DNA from: Macrostomum hystrix
Taxonomy: Eukaryota; Animalia; Platyhelminthes
DNA length: 64,000 nucleotides
Assembly: GCA_950097015.1 (NCBI GenBank)
Contig: CATNEN010000030.1
Span: 3,410,001-3,474,000, forward strand
Reading direction: 5' to 3'
Positions 57,337 to 64,000 of the stretch are shown one piece after another; positions within the stretch are counted from its first letter, which is position 1, and every line of letters starts with the position of its first letter. The notes beneath the pieces are model-generated. The model searched no databases. It worked only from the letters and a program-made list of their open reading frames with translations, and was not told where the DNA came from. A program made the position numbers and the translations under genes.

Positions 57337-59790
57337 TCACACGTATCCACTGGGCATGAAGCTGTAGTCGCAGATTGTCCTCATGGCCTCCGAGTTGGCC
57401 CGCCAGAGACGTTGCTGGGAGCCCCCAGCCGATGAGACAGTGTCGGGCGTGGCAGTGCCACTCCAGCCGAAGGCCGACGAAGACAGGTAGAGCAGGTCGC
57501 GATGGCTTCTAGCCTCGCTACCGCCGCGGCCATTGGCGCCGCAACCGCCGGTTGAAGGAGACGATGAAGCGGTGGTCTGGCTGCGGCTGTCCGCAGCGCC
57601 TCTGCTTAACCGCCTGCTGAGTGTGTGTCGCTCCTGAATCTGCTTCTGCAGGCTGACGGTTTCCTCGCTGGTTGTTAGGTAGTACAGAAAGCGCTTCACG
57701 TCTCTGAGACGAGCACCGGCCACCTCGACGCGACGCAGGCCGTCTGGAAGATCCTCGGCCTCCTCCGGCGGCAGCAGGCGCAGTGTGCAGCTGTGACGGC
57801 TAGCCAGCGACTTCACCACGGGATCAAACAGGAAGGCCTCGCTCTGGGCCAGGCTGCCCCCTGCCCGGATGTGGAAGAAGTAGAAAGCTCGCTGACCAGC
57901 TGCTCGGCGCTCGGCTGGCAGCGGGCTCTTTGGCGCCGGGCCATCGCGCGGCTGCCCACGCATAGCTGAGAAGGTCCGGCACCGACGACGCAGCTCAGCA
58001 GCGTGTCTGACGTCGGCGATGCGTCGAGGCTGACTCGATGGCGGCTGGTTGTCGAATTCAAACTCCTGAGGCCGGCGCTCTTGCCTGTGATGGTCCCGGG
58101 GAGGGAACTGAATCGGTTGGTTTTCGCCGTTTAGCTTACCAGGGCATGAGTCGCGTCGAACCCGCGGCCTGCGCTGATGCTCAAAGATACCATCGGCACC
58201 GATATAGTCGTTGTCGCCAATGTTATCGCCGCACTCATCGTCATCATCGCAGAACATGTGCAGCCGCTCGAGACCTTCGACCAAGGAGCGACGCTGAGCG
58301 TAATAGCGCGGTCGGTAGAGCACAGTCGGGTTGCTGTCGATCACGCGGTGACGTCGGCCAGAAGCTGCCGCAGCGGCCTGGCTCACAGCTGGAAGTAGGC
58401 GCATTCGAGGCACGTCTCGCGCGCGCTGGCTTCGACTCCGGCTGCGTCGCAGCGTGATTCGGATCTGCCGTGGCGAGTCTGATGATTCTCTGTCGACAGT
58501 TTTTGCATTCGTCATGGACGCTGGTGTGATTGTCTGACACGCATCATCTCGCATGCTGGGCGCCTGAGGACGCCCCTCTGACTGGGCTGGGACGGCGCTT
58601 CTGGTCGTTGGTCGACTTCGGGATGGCGCCTGTGCTGGCGTCGTTCCAGCGGCTGTCTGTGCAGCCAGAACTTTTTCTGGTTTCTGTTCTGAAGACTGCT
58701 GAGGTTCCAGGCTTGCCGGGTCATTCGGATTCCAATGCGACTGCTGCGCTTGGCTGTCCGTAAAAAGTCGATCTCTTTGCTGCTGTTGCTGCAATTCCTG
58801 CTGTTTTTGTAGGTTCTGTTGTTGTTGCCCTTGTCTCTGGTGCTGCAGTTGTTGCTGCTGTTGTAATAATTGTTGCTGCTGTAGTCTCTGTTGCTGCTGC
58901 TTAAGAATTTGAAGCTGATGATGATGCATCAGGCGTTGTTGTTGCAGTAACTTCTGCCGCTGCTGCAGCTGGCTCTGAAGCTCCTGCTGTTGAAAGTGTT
59001 GTTGCTGCTTCTGTCGCATTAGAGTTTGGTGCTGCTGTTGTTGAAGCAAATCCAGCTCTGGCAGCGGGGGAGCTCCCCTGCGTCCGCGCATCAGAGTTTC
59101 ACCCCCGCAAACAGCGGCTTCAGTTCCTACGGGTCCAGCGCCACCCTGCTCAATGATGGCATCCACCTCCAGGTCCATCGCCGACGATGCGTCCTCCTCC
59201 TCGGCCTTGCTCATGATTGGAGCGAAATTATTCGGCAATGGTTGCTTGGCCAGTTGCCGAACTAATTGCTGCTGCTGCTGGATGCACTGTCGCCTCGGAC
59301 TCAGTCCATAGTTGCCGTGCACTGGGCAGGATCGGTTCTGAACTGCGGCTGCAGATGATTGGCTTCGCTTCGCCGGCTGAGTGCGACCAGCGGCATTGTA
59401 CTGGCATCGCTGACCGACCAAGATGCCAGCATCCTTGTCGGCGTACTGTGGTGGCGGAGGCAGCGTTGGCGGCTGCGGCAGAGGTCGCTGCGGCGGCAGT
59501 ATTTTCGCATCCTTCGCTCTGCCTGACTTACCGAGGCCGTTTCCCAGGACGCCGACGACCGCCACGTTCCCAGGGCCGTTCTGGTAGCCGGGGTGAGTCT
59601 GGCGCGCTTTGAACAGAGGCGACTCGCTGCCGCCATTTTCCACAATGTAGTCCGTGATCACAAAGTTATAGCTGTGCGTCGGCTTCTGATCAGCTGGTGA
59701 CACGCCGACCCCGCCGCCACTGGAGCTGCTCGCTGATTTCTGTGTCTTTTCACCTGGCCGCTTGGCTAGCCGAGACTGACGCGCGCCCAT
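57337..59790 (-). CDS. Gln/Pro/Arg-rich orphan protein with an N-myristoylation-like start and a small globular region near the C-terminus
   Basis: The ORF is open for 830 codons in GC-rich, coding-like sequence. The first ATG gives MGARQS (MGxxxS). Product unknown. Confidence 0.65.
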   Translation of the reverse strand: MGARQSRLAKRPGEKTQKSASSSSGGGVGVSPADQKPTHSYNFVITDYIVENGGSESPLFKARQTHPGYQNGPGNVAVVGVLGNGLGKSGRAKDAKILPPQRPLPQPPTLPPPPQYADKDAGILVGQRCQYNAAGRTQPAKRSQSSAAAVQNRSCPVHGNYGLSPRRQCIQQQQQLVRQLAKQPLPNNFAPIMSKAEEEDASSAMDLEVDAIIEQGGAGPVGTEAAVCGGETLMRGRRGAPPLPELDLLQQQQHQTLMRQKQQQHFQQQELQSQLQQRQKLLQQQRLMHHHQLQILKQQQQRLQQQQLLQQQQQLQHQRQGQQQQNLQKQQELQQQQQRDRLFTDSQAQQSHWNPNDPASLEPQQSSEQKPEKVLAAQTAAGTTPAQAPSRSRPTTRSAVPAQSEGRPQAPSMRDDACQTITPASMTNAKTVDRESSDSPRQIRITLRRSRSRSQRARDVPRMRLLPAVSQAAAAASGRRHRVIDSNPTVLYRPRYYAQRRSLVEGLERLHMFCDDDDECGDNIGDNDYIGADGIFEHQRRPRVRRDSCPGKLNGENQPIQFPPRDHHRQERRPQEFEFDNQPPSSQPRRIADVRHAAELRRRCRTFSAMRGQPRDGPAPKSPLPAERRAAGQRAFYFFHIRAGGSLAQSEAFLFDPVVKSLASRHSCTLRLLPPEEAEDLPDGLRRVEVAGARLRDVKRFLYYLTTSEETVSLQKQIQERHTLSRRLSRGAADSRSQTTASSSPSTGGCGANGRGGSEARSHRDLLYLSSSAFGWSGTATPDTVSSAGGSQQRLWRANSEAMRTICDYSFMPSGYV

Positions 59791-60969
59791 GCTGACTAGC
59801 GATGTAGCCGGCAGTCTGTGGCGGTCCAACAGTCCGGTGCCTCAGTCCATTTTCTGGCCCAATACAATATGCAGAAATCTGCTCTCTCAGTGTCTTTTCT
59901 GGGAAGCTTCCACCTTTCTTTTGTTGGCAGCGGACTGTAATTAGCACTTTGCTACTTTCCCAAACCTGGCTGGCCTTGATACGTGTTTCGGGCGGTGTTC
60001 GGGGAAGGAAATGCACACTTGCAGTGTCAGCAGGAGCAGGGGAGGGCTAAGCGCGGCACCTTAGACTTGTGCGATCGGTTTCACAGGTCAAGAAGTGTTA
60101 GTTGCTTAGTTTTCTCCGCTTTAACTGTCAAGGGCACGCGTACGTGGCTGGCTGGATGCTTTAGCTGTACGCTGCTGACTGGGGAAATTTGCTGTGCCAA
60201 TCTTGGAGAAGGCAAAAGGCGAGCTGCCTTTTTACAGAGAGCGAACTGGAAAGAACCCAAAAGTAGGGAATCTCGTTTGGTTGCTTGGCCAAGCCGGAGG
60301 GGGCGGCAACATATAGGACTGCGGAGGAAAGAGAGAGAGAGATTTTCAGGGCTTGGAAGCACGCTGGGACCTTGGCTTTCCACTCCTGACTCTCTCGCCA
60401 TTGGTTGCTGCTGCTGTGGCTATATAGAGTGCAGGACAGAGACCACTGTAGACACTACTATGCGTTATGCCGATGGCTAAAAATGGCATCCCTAGTGGTC
60501 CGCTAGCCTACCTTCTACCTCACTGCCTCATTGCCACCCACCCCAGCCACCCGGATTCTGCTCCGCTGGCTCCTGTGGTTATTCAAATGCGGAGCCATTG
60601 CTGGGGACTTGTCAAAAGTTCTGCACCCGGTGGCCGCATGGGCGTTTCCCAGTGTCAGCTCTGCATGACCTGCTCAGCGCCCACCTGGACAATGGGGAGT
60701 TCCGTCAATAATTTTCATAACTTCTTACTATGACTATTGCAATTCCAATTCTTCATTCTTTGCAATCTTTTCGCAACTTTCTGTGCACTGAGAAACCCTT
60801 GGGAAATTTGAGGGTAGGAAAGAAGATGGGGAATATACGTTGACGCAGTGACAATTTCGTCCTCAAAACGTACTATTCTATGGTCAGGTTAGTTAGTCAG
60901 ATAAAGCTACTTCACTGATGCTGCGGACACTTTCCCTAGCTAATGTGGAATTAGTTTCACTGCACCTGA

Positions 60970-61380
60970 CAGAGAATGGGACAATGGGAGAATCGGAGCT
61001 GATGGACAATGGGAGAATTGGAGGTGATGGACAATGGGAGAATTGGAGGTGATGGACAATGGGAGAATTGGAGGTGATGGACAATGGGAGAATTGGAGGT
61101 GATGGACAATGGGAGAATTAGAGGTGATGGACAATGGGAGAATTAGAGGTGATGGACAATGGGAGAATTGGAGGTGATGGACAATGGGAGAATTCGAGGT
61201 GATGGACAATGGGAGAATTCGAGGTGATGGACAATGGGAGAATCGGAGCTGATGGACAATGGGAGAATTCGAGGTGATGGACAATGGGAGAATTGGAGGT
61301 GATGGACAATGGGAGAATTCGAGGTGATGGACAATGGGAGAATCGGAGGTGATGGACAATGGGAGAATCGGAGGTGATGG
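60970..61380. repeat. 25-bp minisatellite
   Basis: Unit gatggacaatgggagaattggaggt. Confidence 0.95.
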
Positions 61381-62091
61381 TCGGGAGAGGATAAGGATAA
61401 TGCGTTGAAATGTGGATTGATTTATTGACTTACATTTTTATAGCTTTTGGCAGCTATCAAAGATAAAAAGTGTTAAGCAGAAGTGTTAACCAAGCGTCAG
61501 TGGTCGAAGCTAGAACTATTTGAGACCCGTCAAATTCGATGATATTGATTCTGGAAGCTAGCAGAATACTTAGCACCGCTATGTCGGCGAATGACGAACC
61601 TGATTTGCAACTTGATTTGTTGTTCTGCTGTTTTAATCTGAAGCGGCATAGGATATGATCTCTACAAGAGTTTTCACAGGCAAACACGCCGCTCATCAGT
61701 ACAACTATTTGCTTAGGCTTTATTTGCATACTTCTGGAGCGAAATCATACTCATGCTCAAATGAACCAGCTCACTGACCCTGGCTGTCTGCAGCTTCTTG
61801 CCAGCGAATCTCCTTTCGCTTTAAAGAACAACTTTACATTAATATTTTCATTCCCAATCTCTATCATCTGATGGAGAAAGTCTTTACTGCTAGTCAAGAT
61901 TGGCCTGCAGTTGGAATTGCATGATTTCCGGTCTAGCGAGTTTTGAATTTCCATCGCTAGAGTCTTCTTGTGGTTAAAAGCACTCGTGTGAATATGAGAC
62001 CATCATAATACTACACATAGTTCATATATACCACTTTAGGTTCAAGAATTCTAAATACAAAAGCTAAGTAGCCTTCCTTCAGGCTACTTCC

Positions 62092-63490
62092 TTCAGTTGC
62101 TTAGTTGCTTCAGTTGCTTCAGGTCTTTCAGTTGCTTCAGTTGCTTCAGGTCTTTCAGCTGCTTCAGTTGCTTCAGTTGCTTCAGTTGCTTCAGTGGCTT
62201 CAGTTGCTTCAGGTCTTTCAGTTGCTTCAGTTGCTTCAGGTCTTTCAATTGCTTCAGTTGCTTCAGGTCTTTTAATTGCTTCAGTTGCTTCAGGTCTTTT
62301 AATTGCTTCAGTTGCTTCAGGTCTTTTAATTGCTTCAGTTGCTTCAGGTCTTTTAATTGCTTCAGTTGCTTCAGGTCTTTCAATTGCTTCAGTTGCTTCA
62401 GGTCTTTCAGCTGCTTCAGGTCTTTCAGTTGCTTCAGTTGCTTCAGGTCTTTTAATTGCTTCAGTTGCTTCAGGTCTTTCAATTGCTTCAGTTGCTTCAG
62501 GTCTTTCAGTTGCTTCAGTTGCTTCAGGTCTTTCAATTGCTTCAGTTGCTTCAGGTCTTTCAGTTGCTTCAGTTGCTTCAGGTCTTTTAATTGCTTCAGT
62601 TGCTTCAGGTCTTTCAATTGCTTCAGTTGCTTCAGGTCTTTCAACTGCTTCAGTTGCTTCAGGTCTTTTAATTGCTTCAGTTGCTTCACTTGCTTCAGTT
62701 GCTTCAGGTCTTTTAATTGCTTCAGTTGCTTCAGGTCTTTTAATTGCTTCAGTTGCTTCAGGTCTTTTAATTGCTTCAGTTGCTTCAGGTCTTTCAGCTG
62801 CTTCAGGTCTTTCAGTTGCTTCAGTTGCTTCAGGTCTTTTAATTGCTTCAGTTGCTTCAGGTCTTTCAATTGCTTCAGTTGCTTCAGGTCTTTCAGTTGC
62901 TTCAGTTGCTTCAGGTCTTTCAGTTGCTTCAGTTCCTTCAGGTCTTTTAATTGCTTCAGTTGCTTCAGGTCTTTCAATTGCTTCAGTTGCTTCAGGTCTT
63001 TCAATTGCTTCAGTTGCTTCAGGTCTTTCAATTGCTTCAGTTGCTTCAGGTCTTTCAATTGCTTCAGTTGCTTCAGGTCTTTCAATTGCTTCAGTTGCTT
63101 CAGGTCTTTCAATTGCTTCAGTTGCTTCAGGTCTTTTAATTGCTTCAGTTGCTTCAGGTCTTTTAATTGCTTCAGTTGCTTCAGGTCTTTCAGCTGCTTC
63201 AGGTCTTTCAGTTGCTTCAGTTGCTTCAGGTCTTTTAATTGCTTCAGTTGCTTCAGGTCTTTCAATTGCTTCAGTTGCTTCAGGTCTTTCAGTTGCTTCA
63301 GTTGCTTCAGGTCTTTCAATTGCTTCAGTTGCTTCAGGTCTTTCAATTGCTTCAGTTGCTTCAGGTCTTTCAATTGCTTCAGTTGCTTCAGGTCTTTCAA
63401 TTGCTTCAGTTGCTTCAGGTCTTTCAATTGCTTCAGTTGCTTCAGGTCTTTTAATTGCTTCAGTTGTTTCAGTTGCTTCAGTTGCTTCAG
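62092..63490. repeat. 27-bp (3 x 9-bp) minisatellite
   Basis: ttgcttcag-ttgcttcag-gtctttcaa/ttaa. It gives long open frames on both strands. Confidence 0.96.
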
Positions 63491-64000
63491 CTCGTGGGCT
63501 AGCTGTTTTTTGACCCCTTTATTTTCTATAAAACCAATAAATACGCATTGCTAGCTAATTGACGCACTACAAGAGAAGGGCTGGATTCCTTCCTCTGACT
63601 TCCTTCCCTAATAATTATTTTCTGCTTACTTTCTTCCAGGTCAGTACACGCGCTTGCATTAGAATATAGAAAACACGACTCGATCTGTTACCTATTTCAC
63701 AGCTGGGCATCTTTCAAAAGCGTACTTGAAAATAATTGGTGAAATTTATTTTTATACAGTCGTCAAAACCTATTCAATATGTTGTTTTAAATGAAACAAA
63801 ACAAAAATACTCATAAACTAAAAATTGACTTTTTTCTGTCGATGTCCCTTGACATTTGTTGGTGCTAAATAGTTCCCTTTGCAACTGCAAGTAGAAAATT
63901 AACAGTCAATCAAAATTCACGATGAAAATTTTCACGGCCCAAGAAGCGGAATATTATGTTATTATTTGTTTTAATACCCGACACTTTTTAATCTACGAGC

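Noticed and set aside
62093-63554. Long ORFs (444, 485, 439 aa; KDLKQLKQL / SVASGLSIA)
   Set aside because: They are translations of a 27-bp satellite open in several frames on both strands, with no unique flanking coding sequence.

Overview
Eukaryotic (metazoan) genomic DNA: spliceosomal GT-AG introns that I could join in frame, GC-rich exons, polyQ tracts, tRNA-derived SINEs and many minisatellites. The style suggests a free-living flatworm such as Macrostomum (inference, not verified). Contents: (i) 1-5.7 kb, two intronless divergent Cys-loop ligand-gated ion channel genes plus an inverted pseudogene copy and a foldback element; (ii) a RING/TRAF-type zinc-finger polyQ gene; (iii) 12.2-33.8 kb, five conserved, functionally unrelated genes packed head-to-tail on the minus strand (KIAA0753/MNR > class II PRPP synthetase > WASHC5 > COA7 > ANAPC15). 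Each starts just behind a bare splice acceptor and they are separated mostly by minisatellite, making this a candidate trans-spliced operon; the PRPP synthetase has no in-frame ATG and may take its AUG from the flatworm spliced leader; (iv) a two-exon BTB-BTB gene with a jacalin-like C-terminus; (v) an intact 3,547-bp THAP/P-element transposon with 38-bp TIRs and an 8-bp TSD; (vi) a Gln-rich orphan ORF; (vii) about 16 mutually unrelated tandem arrays covering roughly a quarter of the window, which explain most of the long low-complexity ORFs in the track. Family calls come from recognising motifs by eye; no database search was run.
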